From Mobula hypostoma (taxonomy: Eukaryota): a DNA stretch of 64,000 nt. Numbering within the stretch: the first letter of the stretch is position 1; every line of letters starts with the position of its first letter. Shown piece after piece: positions 25,393 through 38,639 of this stretch. A model generated the notes under the pieces. That model was not told the origin of the DNA. It saw only the letters and a program-made list of their open reading frames with translations, and did not search any database. The DNA is taken from NCBI RefSeq assembly GCF_963921235.1, contig NC_086097.1, forward strand, positions 139,750,001 through 139,814,000, written 5' to 3'. The position numbers were made by a program, and so were the translations under genes.

Positions 25393-25959
25393 GTATCACA
25401 GTATCAACATCCATGTCCACACCACCCAGGCCATGCCAACTTCTGGCAGGAGCTTGCATTCCCACAGCACCAGGTTCAGGAATAGCTACTTCTCTTCAAC
25501 CATTCAATTCTTGAACGAATTGGTTAGACCCGAATCGTTACAGTTTCACAGCACTATGAATACTTTGATCATTTCCCACTAAAATGGGCATTTTTTTCTA
25601 ATTGTATTCTTTCTTCTAAAATTATGTATAATTTGTTTTCTTGTGAATGCTGCTTACACGGGAATGCTGCAACGTTGCTGTAATGCTGCTGTAAATACGC
25701 TTTTCATTGTTCTGGTACATACATGAACATGTGCATATGACAACAAAGTCAGTATTGACTCTAACGCTGCCCGGCATGTTGAGCATCTCCAGAGTTCTCC
25801 TTTGTCGTCAGGACACCACAGGCAGGGAACACTGCAGTTTGTGCAAAAGACAATCCCAAAAATAACACTAAGATAAACAATCATAGAGTGTGATGGAATT
25901 ATTCTGAGGCTCTGGATTTGTCTGCCTTTACAGTTTCGGATTGGCCAGGGAAACTTTCC

Positions 25960-27760
25960 AGCGCTCCATGCGGTCTAATTTGTTTGAGACTTTTAGGGAG
26001 ATGTCTAAATGTGTTGATAAGAGTAGTGTAGTTGATGTAGTTTAAATGAGCTTCCGTAAGGTCTCTGACAGAGTCCCATATGGGACACTGGTCCTAAAAT
26101 CAGAACCTATCAGATCCAATACAATTTTGCAACTCAGATTCTAAATTATCTTGTGATGGTAGAAGGATGTCATTGAGACTGGAAGCCTATGACCAGTGAC
26201 GTATCACATGGGTCAATACTGGGACTCACTGATTGTTATGCACTCTAATAACACCCTATGACGTAGGCACAGAATTAGGCTATTCAGCCCATTGAGTCTG
26301 AGTATAAGAACATAAGAGATAGGAATAGGCCATTCAATAAGATCATGGCTGATCTAGCCATGGACTCATTTCTACCTACCTGCCTTTTCCCCTATAACCC
26401 TTAATTTCCCTATTATGCAAAAATCTATCCAACCTTGTCTTAAATATAAGTACTGAGGTAGTCTCCACTGCTTCATTGGGCAGAGAATTCCACAGGTTCA
26501 CCATTGTCTGGGAAAAGTAGTTCCTCCTTGTCTCCATCCTAAATCTACTCCCCTGAATCTTGAGGCTCTGTCTCCTAGTTCTAGTCTCGCCTACCAGTGA
26601 AAATAACTTTCCTGCCTCTGTCTTATCTTTCCCTTTTATAATTGTACATAAGTTCTACTCTCATTCTTCTGAATTCCAGGGAGTACAGTCCCAGGCAACT
26701 CAATCTCTCCTCATAGTCTAACCCCTTCATCTCTGGAATCAACCTGGTGAACCTCCTGTGCACCACCTCCAAAGCCAGGATGTCCTTCCTCAAGTAAAGC
26801 GACCAGGACTGCTCCACCATTTCATCATGGCTGACTTATTATCCCTCTCAATCCCATTCTCCTGCCTTCTATGAATAACCTTTGATGTGTTGACTAATCA
26901 AGAAATCAGCAAACTGCACTTTAAATATGCCCAATGACTTGGCCTCCACAGCCAGCTGTTGCAATGAATTCCATATATTCAGCACCTTCTGGCTAAAGAA
27001 ATTCCTCCTCAAATCTGTTCTAAATGGATGCTCCTTCATTCTGAGGCTGTGCCCTTTGGTTCTAGATGCCCCCACTCTTCTCAACATTCACTGTTTCTAG
27101 GCCTTGCAATATTCAATACACTTCTGTCAGATCTAACTGCCATGCCACTCCCCATTCTTCTAAACTGTAGTGGATACAGGGCCAGAGCAATTAAATGCTC
27201 CTCATACGTTAATCCTTTCATTACCAGGATCAGTCTTGTGAACCTCCTCTGGACCCTCTCCAAAGCCAGCACATCCTTTCTTCGATAAGGGGCCCAAAAC
27301 TGCTCACAATATTCTAATGGCCTGGATGTAAATGTAGGAGATTTATCATATCTCCTATATGATCAGTAAGTTTGCAGATGAGAATTGATCACGTTGTTAA
27401 TAGTGGGAAGGGCATTAATTGGAGCACAAACTTCCAAATTTGTAATAAAGTACTACACTGTCATCATTAGACCGAGAGAAGGAGACCATTACTTTCTGAT
27501 CTTTAAGTCTTTGCACTAGCTTCAGGCAAAGGGTCATTCCTGGGCTGTCCAAGTTTGAGTGCTTGTGCAAAAAGGCATCAATCAATTCAGAGAATGGACA
27601 CATATCTACCAAATTAACTTCAGATGGAGATATACTAGATGATGACTGGTTGTGTAAGGAATAGGAAGACATCATATGACTGGGATGAAATGTTGGAGTG
27701 GCTGAGAGGTGGAAAGGTGGTACATTCAATGAATTGGAAACCAAGTAGTGGTACACTTCT
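25960..27760. mobile_element. Nested CR1-type LINE fragments (minus-strand copies 26260-27315 inside a plus-strand copy)
   Basis: LALERVQRRFTRLI and RTKGHSLR on the minus strand; plus-strand RT remnants on both sides. Confidence 0.8.
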
Positions 27761-29199
27761 TAGAGTCATAGAACAAAAAAGCACACCAAATCAGTGCTGA
27801 CCATCAACCACCCATTTTACACATAACAGACACTAATTCACTTTATTCTCTTCACCTTGTTATTTCTACCCTCTCCCCACCATGTCTATCAGCTTTCCCT
27901 TAAATCCCTTGACTACCCAGTGGGATTGAGTTCTGTACACTACCTGCACTCTGAGTAAGGAACACCTCTGAATTGCGAGCTAGATTTATTAAAGACTGTC
28001 CCACATTTATTGTCCCCAGTTATGGTCTCCTCCACAGGTGGAAACACATTTTCTCCTGATTAGTCAATCAATACATTTCAAAATCTTATTTATCAGAATC
28101 AGGTCATCCTTCAATCTTATCTCTCTCCTGGAGATATGCCCCACCTGGTTAGATTAACCTTGATAAGGACTAAGATATCACTCCTGAAAGTGGTTGAAAG
28201 ACCGAGAGCTGTTTCCCTCATTGGGATGGTCAGGAACTGAGCGAAAGAGATCAGATATTAAGGACTGGGAAGAGGTGCAATTGCATCAGTCAGTGTTGGG
28301 AATATTTGGAGTTCTCCTGCCCCAGAGGAGCATAGATGCTCAGTGGTTAATCCAATTATAGGATGAGGCTGATAGACTTTTGAACAATGAGGAAGTGAAG
28401 AGAAACAAGGATCAGACAGCAAAGGATTGAGGCAGAGAGACAGGATTGAGAGTGCCTCATAGCCCTCATATATGTGGTTCTGAGGGAGTTTGGTGCTGGT
28501 GCCAGTGAAAGAGAAACAAAGTTTGTTTCTCAGTTTGTGGGTACCTCACAAAAACTCCAGTTAGGTACCAGCTGCAATATCAGTCTGAGGTCAGAATGTG
28601 TGGAGCAACTAAAGAGGAACTGCTTCACTGAGCATTTCAAGTGCCGTGTGAGAAGGCCAGAACTCCCACAGTAGCTGGTGCTCTGATTAATGGAGTAGCC
28701 TTTATGTACCGTGGTTGTAAAGTGTTTCAGCTTCACAGTAATGTCAAATGTGTGGTATGATCCCTGCTGCAAAGTGTGATTCCTGTCCCATGCGTCAGGC
28801 TATTTTGAAGAGTTTGTCTGTCACTTTTTTTAGATTTTCACAGACTAAAACATCACATCCAAGACGACTGCAAAGTTAACTTAAGAGAAAAAACAAGCCT
28901 CCCAATGTTGAGGTGTTGTAGCACTTTCTGGGTGGCAGTGGAAAATGCTGATAAAGAGGCAGGAAAACTTCCAATTTTACCCCATCCCGCATGATGTCCA
29001 TTAGTGCAGAGGGTTTGTTGTTTAATTGGCCACAACAAATTACCCCTGGTATGTAAGTGAGTGGTAGAATCCGGCAGCAGATGACTAAAATGTGGGGAGG
29101 TAGCATTGGTATAGAATTGGTGTAAATGGTCAGCACAGAGTCAGTGGAATGAAGGGCCTGATCCATATTGTTATGCCTGTATTAGAGACAATAAGAGCA

Positions 29200-31620
29200 A
29201 CAGTGATTGGAGCCAGGAGGTATTGTTGATGTCCTAAATGAATACTTTTTAACAACATCCACAAAGGAAGTAGATTTATTAGCTAGAGAACTCGGTGAAG
29301 GAGAAGCTGAAAGTTTGGTGTTGCTCTCCATTGATAAAGAAGAGCACATTTAAAGGTGGATAAATCCTTAGGCCTGGATGGGTTTATCCCAGGCTGCTGC
29401 AGGAGGCAATGGAAGGGATTGCTGGAGCTTTGGCTGAGATTTTCTAAATGCAAAAAGCAAGTTTCCAGGGGGATGCCACAAGTGAGACTGCATCTGTTGA
29501 GGCAAAAGGATAGTTATTGTTTTGGGTCAAGATCCTGTTCCTCCTTTGACTCCACAAATGCTGCCTGACCTGCTGAGCTCCATCAACAACTTGTTTCTTT
29601 GCTTCAGATAAGTCTTTGCTGGATGCAGGTGAGGTAGCAGATGTCTGGAGGACAACAAATGTAGTCCCTATTTTCAAGAAAGCATGCAGGGAAAACGCTG
29701 GTAACTAGAGACGCAAGCAATTGTGCAGATTCTTGAAATCCAGAGCAACACACATAAAACTCAGAGGTCAGGAAGCACGTATGGAAATGAATAATCATTT
29801 GACATTTCGGGCCAAGACCCTTCCTCAGGACTGGAAAGGAGGGGGAGGACAAGCTAGGGGGAGGGGAAGGAGGATTAGCTGGAAGGTGATAGATGAACCC
29901 AGATGGGTGGGAAAGGTAAAGGGCTGGAGAAAATGAATCTGACAGGAGAGAAAAATGGAGCATGGGAGAAAGGGAAGAAGGAATACTGTAGATCTATGAG
30001 CCTAACATCGGTGGCTCAGGAAATGTTTGAAAAAAAATCTGAAGGAGAGGATTAATGATCGTTTGGAAAAGCAGGAACTAATTAGAGACAACTAACATGG
30101 CTTTGTCAAGGGTGGGTCCTGTCTGGCTAGTTTAATTGGCCAGATCTTGAAATGGTAACAAATTATATTAATGAGGGCAGGGCGGTAGATGTGATTTACA
30201 TGGACTTTGACAAGGACCCATACAGATAAACTGGATTTAAAATTAGCTTGGCAATAGGAGACAAAGCAGAGTGTTGTTTTTGCAATTGGATACCTGTGAT
30301 TAGTATTGCCCTACAAGGATTGGTACTGGAATCCTTGTTGTTTATAATTAATGTGAAAGATCTGATGTGGGTGTGAAAGGCCTGATCAGTAAGTTCAACG
30401 AAGACTTGAAGATTGGTGGAGTTGTTGATAGTATGGAAGCTGCCTTGGGCTGTGAAATCACTCAGATTTGGGCAACACAGTAGCATAGCAGTTAGCGGAA
30501 CGCTTCACAGCTCCAACGATTCCAAGATTGGGATTCAATTCCCACCTCCATCCGTAAGGAGTTTGTGAGTTCGCCCCATTTCCTCCGGGTGCTCCCATGC
30601 TCCAAACATGTACGGGTTAGTCGGTTAATTGGTCACGTGGGTGTAATTGGGCAGCGCAGGCTCATTGGGCCAGAAGAGCTGTTACCCTGCTCTACCTCCA
30701 AAAAAAAAATCAGCATGTCTGTGCAATGAGCTGCGAAATGGCAGATGGAGTTTCATCCAGAAAGTGTGGGGTGACGCACTTTGGAAGACTAATGTGGCTA
30801 GGACATCCTTAATGAGTGGTATGGTCTTGGGTGGCATTGGGGAAGAATTGGACCTTGGAGTACAAATTTCTAGATCCTTGAAGGTGCAATACAGGCAGAT
30901 TATTCAGTCTGGAAGGCAAATGAGATACCAGTTTCATTGATCAGGCACCGAATATAGATGTAGGAAGATTATGCTCCAACATGATAAAACTTTGATCAGA
31001 CCTCATATGTATGCAGTTCTGTTCACCAAGGGATTGGAAGGAGTGATAGCACACAGAGGGCACAGTGGAGATTCTTCAGGATATTTCCTGCGGTGGAGCA
31101 ATTCAGTGATGAGGAGAGACTGGATCTGCCCTCCCCTGGAGTGGAGAAGTTAAGAGAGGCATGACTGAGTTAAATAGAATAACAAGGATTCTAGAAAAGG
31201 TAGACTGCAGGAAACTTTTCCCCATCTCAGATAGTGGATAAAAAATAAGTTTAGGGTAAAAATTAAAGATTAAATATTAGTTTTATTGTCACATGTACAT
31301 TGAAACATCAGAAACATAAGTGAAACGCATTGCTTGTGTCAGGATGTGCTGGGGGCAGCCTGTGCCACATCCCCAATGAAAGGGGGAAGGAATTCAGGGG
31401 AACTAAGGGGGAGCTCCCTCACCCAGACAGTGCTGAGTACCTGAGAGTTGTTGAAGCCAGTTCACTGATGGCATTTAAGAAGTGTCTAGATGAATGCTAG
31501 GATCAATTAGGCACAGTCAGCTATGGACCAACTTCTGGGCAGTGGGGTTAATGTAGAAAGGTGATTGCTGTGGCAAGTTGGGCCGAGTAGCTTGCTTCCA
31601 TGCTGTATGATTGTATAATG
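29200..31620 (+). mobile_element. Decayed CR1-type LINE with Penelope-derived (about 29470-29610, 29725-29985) and SINE (about 30470-30700) insertions
   Basis: Nucleotide remnants of RT motifs (gtcccta ttttcaagaa, catggctttgtcaagg, atggactttgacaagg) and a CR1 3' end. Confidence 0.75.
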
Positions 31621-32125
31621 ATAGCATATCATGGAGAGTTGAAAGCAGGAATTTGTGAGCAGACAGCTTGGCACAGCTGAAGTGGGGCTCCTGTGCGGGG
31701 AAGGAAGGTATTATGTGAAAGGAATGAAGTCTCCACCAAGAGCTGAATAAGGGCTTGGACTTGTCTCACACATCTCTCAGTGTCAGCTACCAAAGCCTGT
31801 TCTTATAACATAATTACAAGACCATTTGTGACTTTGAGTTGTGAGGCTTCCTGAAGACTCCCTGATAATCTACAAGGGAAGCACAGACTAAGTAAACTCC
31901 ACAGCCTGTCTGTTGTGCTTTTATCTCCTTCTCTTCTTCGATTAAACTTCTCTCCTGTGGATGAGCGTTTCTGTCTCTTTGTTTGGAACTGTGAAAGTTC
32001 ATGAATACATTTATAACAACTAAAATCTCAATAAATATTAAATTGCAGAGTTTTAGAAGTTCTACTTCTGAGTAGAGCTTCATTTTTTAAAGTCATCCCC
32101 CTTAAATGAACACTAAGGTATTGAA

Positions 32126-32218
32126 GTAACATACATCAAAGTTGCTGGTGAACGCAGCAGGCCAGGCAGCATCTATAGGAAGAGGCGCAGTCGACGTTTC
32201 AGGCCGAGACGGACCGAG
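32126..32218. mobile_element. Penelope-derived short insertion with 10-bp TSD
   Basis: aggtattgaa at 32116-32125 and 32219-32228; body closely matches 56155-56238. Confidence 0.8.
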
Positions 32219-32369
32219 AGGTATTGAATATATTGAGCAAGCTATAGCCTGAGGATCAGGCTGTCCTCTGTCATTTAGCTGTGTGTCTTTGGCTGAGGAG
32301 TGGTTTGACCAAGGGTTTTATATTTTCAGTTCTGTTGGTGATGTTATTGTGAAGCCTGCAGTCTTGATC

Positions 32370-33890
32370 TCACCTTGTTCACAATCTCCATCAGCACCGG
32401 TGCACCATGGGGTTGTGTACTCTCCCCTGCTCTACTTACTTTACACCTATGACTGTGAGGCTAAGCACAGCTCCAAGGCCATATTCAAGTTTGCTGATAA
32501 CACCACTGTTGTGGGCCAAATCGAAGGTGATGATGAATCATCATACTGGAGGGAGACTGAAAATTTGGCTGAGTGATTTCATAACAACAACCTCTCACTC
32601 AATGTCAGCAAGACAAAGTAACTAATTGTAGACTTTTGAGGCAGTCCTCATTGGAGGATCAGAGGTAGAGAGGGTCAGCAATTTTAAATTCCTGGGTGTT
32701 ACTATTTCAGAGGACCTGTCCAAGGCCCAGCTTGTAAGTGCAATTGCAAAGAAATCACAGCAGCACCTCTACTGCCATGGGAGTCTGCAGAGATTCAGCA
32801 TGACGTCTAAAACTTCTACAATTTCTGTAGATGTGTAGTGACAAGTATATTGACTGGCTGCATCATGGCCTGGTATGGAAACACCAATGGCTTTGAATGG
32901 AAAATACAAATTCAATTTTTCTGCTCCAAAAGAAAGTCATACAAATTGTAAATAAGACAAGTTATTATGAACCAACCAATCCATGATTTATTCAACTAAA
33001 CACTTTAAAATTCAGAGATTTTGTAGATTTTAAAATAATACAAATTATGTATAAAGTGAAAAATGGACAGCTACCACAAAGTATCCAAAGGTTGTTTAAA
33101 ATGAGAGAAAAGTCAACATGATTTGAGAGGAACATGTATATTTCAAGAACAAAGGATAAGAACAAATGTAAAAAATTATTGTATTTCAGTCAGAGGGGTG
33201 AATCTATGGAACAGTTGTAGTGAGAATTTAAAAACATGCACCACACTTAACAAGTTAAAAAATTATTTAAAAATAGTTTAATGAACAAATATAAAATACA
33301 TGACTTAAAATGAATGGGAGTAATGTAAATAAATGATATTTGGAATTGGATTTTGTGTTAAAAAATTATGAAATTTTTTGGTTTTGGTGTGATGATTGAT
33401 GCCAAATATGTTGTTGTATAAGTAAGAGGTGTAGGCGTAATGAGCTGTAGCTTCAGCCTACACCCTTTCGGTCTGTTTTAAAGAATATCTATGTTTTTTG
33501 TTGTAATTTTGTCCTATAAAATCATCGTTATGAAATCATCATTGAAAATGATGCTTTTTGTTATGTTTGTAATGACCGAAATAAATTTCATTCATTCAAT
33601 CATTCAAAAAAAATCCTACAATAGATAGTGGATTTGGCATAGTACATCATGGATACGGTTTTCCCAAGCACTGAGCATATCCACATGAAACTTTGTTGTA
33701 AGAAAGCAGCATCCAACATCAGAGATCCCCACCACCCAGGCCATGCTCTCTTCTCACTGCTGCCATCAGGTAGAAGGTACAAGAGCCTCAGGACTCGCAC
33801 CATCAGGTTCAAAAACAGTTACTACCCCTCAACCATCAGGCTCTTGAAAAAAGTGGATAACTACACTCACTTGCTGCATCATTGAAATGT
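32370..33890 (+). mobile_element. Rex1/Babar-type LINE interrupted by an AT-rich non-LTR 3' fragment (about 32910-33605)
   Basis: SPLLYLLYTYDC..KFADNTTVVG; the insert ends aataaatttcattcattcaatcattc, then the LINE resumes. Confidence 0.8.
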
Positions 33891-33949
33891 TCCTACAATC
33901 CATAGAATAGAAGATATGTACTATGTACATATGGGTCAGTCAAAGTAAA

Positions 33950-36080
33950 AGTTGAGTTTATTCTCATATGGACAAGTAAATGTATGCACAGGTGCAGTGA
34001 AAAAGTTACTTGCAGCAACATTACAAGAACATAGCATCATTCATAAGGAAAACATACATTATATTTTTACAATAAAACAACAAAATTAGAGCAAAAAATG
34101 TCCATTTTAATGCAAAATGATCAGAGTGGTCATAATGTTACTAAACTGTAGATGTGATTAGGGTTGTGACGGTTGTTTCAGCTACCAAATGGTTGAAGGA
34201 AAGTAGTTGTCCTTGAACAAGACGACTTGACACAGATGGCGGGGATCTACGATGACAGTTATTGCCTTCTTGCGGCAGTGCCTCCTGCAGATACTGCCAA
34301 AGGGAGTGAGGGTTGTGTCCGTGATGTGTGTTTGAATTTCCATGCAATAACATGATGCAGCTTTTAACAGATCATATGCACCGTAGAAGTTTGTTCAGTG
34401 ACATGTCAAACCCACTTAACCTTCTAAGAAAGTAGACACTGGGTGCTTTCCTTGTGATTGCATCTATGTGTTGGGGCCAGGACAGGTCATCCAATATGTT
34501 AATAACCAGGAACTTAAAGATGCTGACTCTCTCCATCGCTGATCCCCCAGTGTAGACAGGCACATGTTCGCCCTTCCTCCCATGCCTGAAGTTAACAACA
34601 ATCTCCGTAGCTTTGTTGATGCTGAGTGAAAGGTTATTGTTGCAGCACCATTCAACCACTATCTTGTTCCGGTAAGTTGGCTCATTGCCACTTATGATTC
34701 ATCTAACATTGGTCAGTTTGAAAATGGCATTGGAGCTGTGGTCAGCTGCACAGTCATGTGTGCACTCTGATAAGAGTAAAGGGCTAGGCACACAATCTTG
34801 AGGTGCAACTGTGCTGATGATCAGTGAGGAGGAGATATTGCTACCAATCCTCACTAAATGAGGTCTACTGATGAGGAGGTCAGGTATCCAGTTGCAGAGG
34901 TAGGTACAGAGGCCTGGGTCTTGAAGCTTGATGCTGACTGTGGATGGGAGGATTGTGTTGAATGCTGAGCTGTAGTCGATGAACAGCAACTGATATGTGA
35001 GTTCCTGTTGTCCAGATGATCCAGACCAGAGTGAAGATCCAGCGAAACCACATCTGTGTTGACCTCTTGTGGCAGTAGGCAGACTGAAGCAGATTCTAGA
35101 TTCTTGACTTCACAATCCACCTTGTTATGATCTTGCACCTTATTGTTTACCTCTCCTGCACTTTCTCTGTAGCTGTTGTGCTTTATTCTGCATTCCATTA
35201 TTGTTTTACCTTGTCTGTCTCAATGCACTGTGATTGATGTATATGAACAGTATACAAGACAAGATTTTCACTATATCTTGGCATGCGTGACAATAGTAAA
35301 TCAATTCTGATTCCAAATTCCAAACCCAGATCATGTCTCTGACAAGAGTTGATTTGCACCATTACCAACCTTTCAAAGCTCTTCATTATGGTTGATGTAA
35401 GTGCTACTGGATGGAGTCATTGAAGCAGGTTGCCATATACTTTTTGGACACCTTTTTGAAGCAGACAGGAATTTCAGATTGCAGAATTGAGAGGTTATGC
35501 CTATAAATACTCAAGGTGCTTGGCCTGCACAAATCTTTTATACCTGGCTAAGTACACCATCTCGACTAGCCAACGACCAAAAAGGGGCGTCTGATCTACT
35601 TCAAATTAGATCATTCACCTTTTGTGGATTCACCCTCTTGAAGGATGCCCAGACTGTGGCCCTTAGAGACATCTGGAGATGTGTGGGCTCATGTGGGTGT
35701 GCATTACTTCTCCTGATCAAAGTGTGCAATCACCTGGGAATAGCAGACTGTTGCCACTTATGCAATCTTATCTCACCTTGTAGGGAGTTATATTGTGCAA
35801 ACCGAGCCCCAGCTGTTGAGCACCCACCTGTGAATCTAGTTTAGTCCAAAATTGCCTCTTTGCACTTGCAAAGACCTTCCAGAAGTCATATTTGTACTTC
35901 TAATATGGCTGTGGGTTCCCAGTCCTAAACACCACAGATCTAGCCCTCGGCAAATTACAGATCTCCTGGTACCTGCTTCTGGTACATGCAGGGTTCCTGG
36001 GTCGGGAAGACTCAAAATGTTCATATGGAGAAATTGGGCTGTTTGCTGTGAAGCTATGGAGGCTGAGGGGAAACCTGATA
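33950..36080 (-). mobile_element. Rex1/Babar-type LINE, decayed
   Basis: MKSFERLV, LFIDYSSAFNTI, APQDCVPSPLL, VEWCCNNNLSLSINK motifs. Confidence 0.85.
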
Positions 36081-36089
36081 GCAGTTTAA

Positions 36090-36990
36090 AGATCATAAGA
36101 CACGGGAACCCGATTGATCTATTCAGCATGGCAGATTTATTATCCCTCTCAACCACATTCTCCTGCCCTCTCCCCATAACCTCTGATGCCTTGACTAATC
36201 AAGAACCCCCGCTCTAAATATACCCAAATGACTTGGCCTCCACACCTCTCTGTGGTAATGAATTCCACAGATCCGCCCTCTGGATAAAGAAATTCCTCCC
36301 CATTTATTTATTGAGATACAGCGCGGTTAAACACCGCTGCCCAGCAACCCCCGATTTAACCCTTAGCCTAATCACGGGACAATTTGCGATGATCAGTTAG
36401 CTTACTAATCGGTACATCTTTGGACTGTGGGAGGAACCCAGAGCACACGGAGAAAAGCCACGCTCTCCACGGGGAGGACGTACAGACTCCTTACAGATGA
36501 CGTCGAGATTGAATTCCGAACTTTGATGCCCGGAGCTGTAAGAGCGTCGAGCTATGATGGCGCCCATTTCTGCTCTAAATGGACGTCCCTCTGTTCTGAG
36601 GCTGTGTCCTCTGGTTCTAGACTCCCGCACTATAGGAGACAACCTCTCCACATCCACTCTGTCTAGGTCTTTCAATATTCGATAGGTTATGATAAGCGTA
36701 GATAGAGTAGACAGCTGGTATCGTCCTGTGCTCGAAATACCAGAGGGCATGCATTTAAGGTGAGGGGGGTAAACTGAACGGAGACGTGCGGACAAGTTTT
36801 TTTTAGTGAGCATGCTAGAATGCGCTGTCAGGTGTGGTACTGGAGGCAGGTACAACAGAAGTGTGTAAAACGCTCTTACAGCCATGGCTGTGTAGAGAGA
36901 TATATGGAACTTGTGTAGACAGAAGGTTTGCGTTTAATTAGTTGAGCACAGCATCGTAAACCGGAGAGTCTGATGCTGTGTTGTACTGTG
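36090..36990. mobile_element. CR1 3' fragments with a minus-strand V-SINE inserted (about 36300-36560)
   Basis: SRTRGHSLR motif; reverse-complemented SINE core. Confidence 0.7.
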
Positions 36991-38639
36991 AAGTGTTCCA
37001 TGAGAGTGAAACCGCAATCCTGGATTTCAGAGGCCATGAACATGTCGTCCACTTCCTTCAAAGGGCGTCCATGTGACTCTGGATGGTGAGAACGGCAACG
37101 TTCTCCCCAGAGGACAGCAGTGGTCTAGGATAATCCATAGGCCTTGATGAAGAGCCTTCCCCCACAAATGTGGAACTTGGCTTCACGGCGAGTGAACAGA
37201 TAAGGAACAGGGTTGGAGGAGGGACGATGCAGGTGGCGAGGGGCCGAGCGGCCGGTTTCGCGCTGCACATATAATCCAGTGAGATTTTCACTGCAGGTTA
37301 TGTTTTATTGTGGCTTTAAAAGATTCACGTTCTCATGAGAGAGTAGAATTTGAAGGACGTTCCCTGGACATGAGAGCCTCTTGTACAGAGTTGGTTCCTG
37401 GAGCCAGGGCAAGAGAGGCGAGGGCTGTTTATTGTCAGCCGCCCGGCCGGCGCTTCGCGCCGTGGAAGGGCCTGGCGTTAATCCCCAATGGTAGGAATCA
37501 AGGTGACAGGTGAAGTGTTGGCGATGTTATCTGTACAGCTCAGTCACGACTGGCGAGGTGTAAAGAGCTGTTCGGACAAACAGTGAGTGCATCTCTCCAA
37601 ACACATTCACTGCTCGGCAGCGCTATCGCTATTCCCGAGTTTAACATTTCTCCGACCTTAATCGCTCTGAACTCCAAAGGCAGTAATTGTTTGGTTCCGA
37701 GGGTCCTGTTCACTGACGATGGAATTAGCAGCGCGCTCAGATAACAAGCCAGAATCCGACTAATGCCTTTATCAGCTGTTTGTGTTGAGCACCGAGCAGA
37801 CAGGATTTGAAGGGGCCACGTCACTGTTATTCCTCCCTAAGTGACGCCGTCCTTTGATTCTTTATATTACAAAATTTAACGGGGACGATTTGCTTGTATA
37901 AACTTGTGTAAGTGTCACTATTGTTCACTTTTATCATTTGATAACTTTGTTACTGAAATTAATCACATTCCTCCTGGTGTCAGCGTACTTTGGGGAATGT
38001 GTTGGTTGATGGGGACTGTACAGTGTAAAAAAATATAAAACATAAACAGCCAACAGTGCGCGAGTGTCTGCTGGTTTCAAAGCCACCCCGGCCCTGCTTA
38101 CACGCAACCCCGCAGTGAGTCCTCGCAGTTGAAGTTCCCGATCACTGAGAACTCGTGGTGCCTTGGGATGTGCTGGCGAGCGAGAGCCGAGGATCTATTA
38201 ACACGGGCAAATCCGACATTGTGGCTGCTGGGATCTTGCTGTGCAGAGTGGCGATTGTCTCCGCCTCTGGCAGCTCCACTGTTACCGCACTTGTAAAATG
38301 TTGCATGATTGTCCCAGTGGGAATTTGGCCTCTCTGGTAGCCTCGGGCCTTCTGTCTCAGTGGCTACTGTCAATTAGCTCTACCTTGCTCCTCGACCTGC
38401 CCTCGCCTCTCTGTCTTCTCCCCGGGCACTTGGGTCCTGTCCAGGGCCGGTGATGTGACGAATCACTGTGGGTGAGTCACCTGTCGCTGACTTCAGAAGC
38501 ACTTGGTCCGTAATAAAATTCTCCATACGTGGTCCTTTCTAATCCCCGCTGTTTGGGAAACTGAACGGTCTGTTCGCATCCAATGATCTGACTCAGGATA
38601 AGAAGCGGTGTTTGTGATTGATTGTTCAGAAATCTAATG

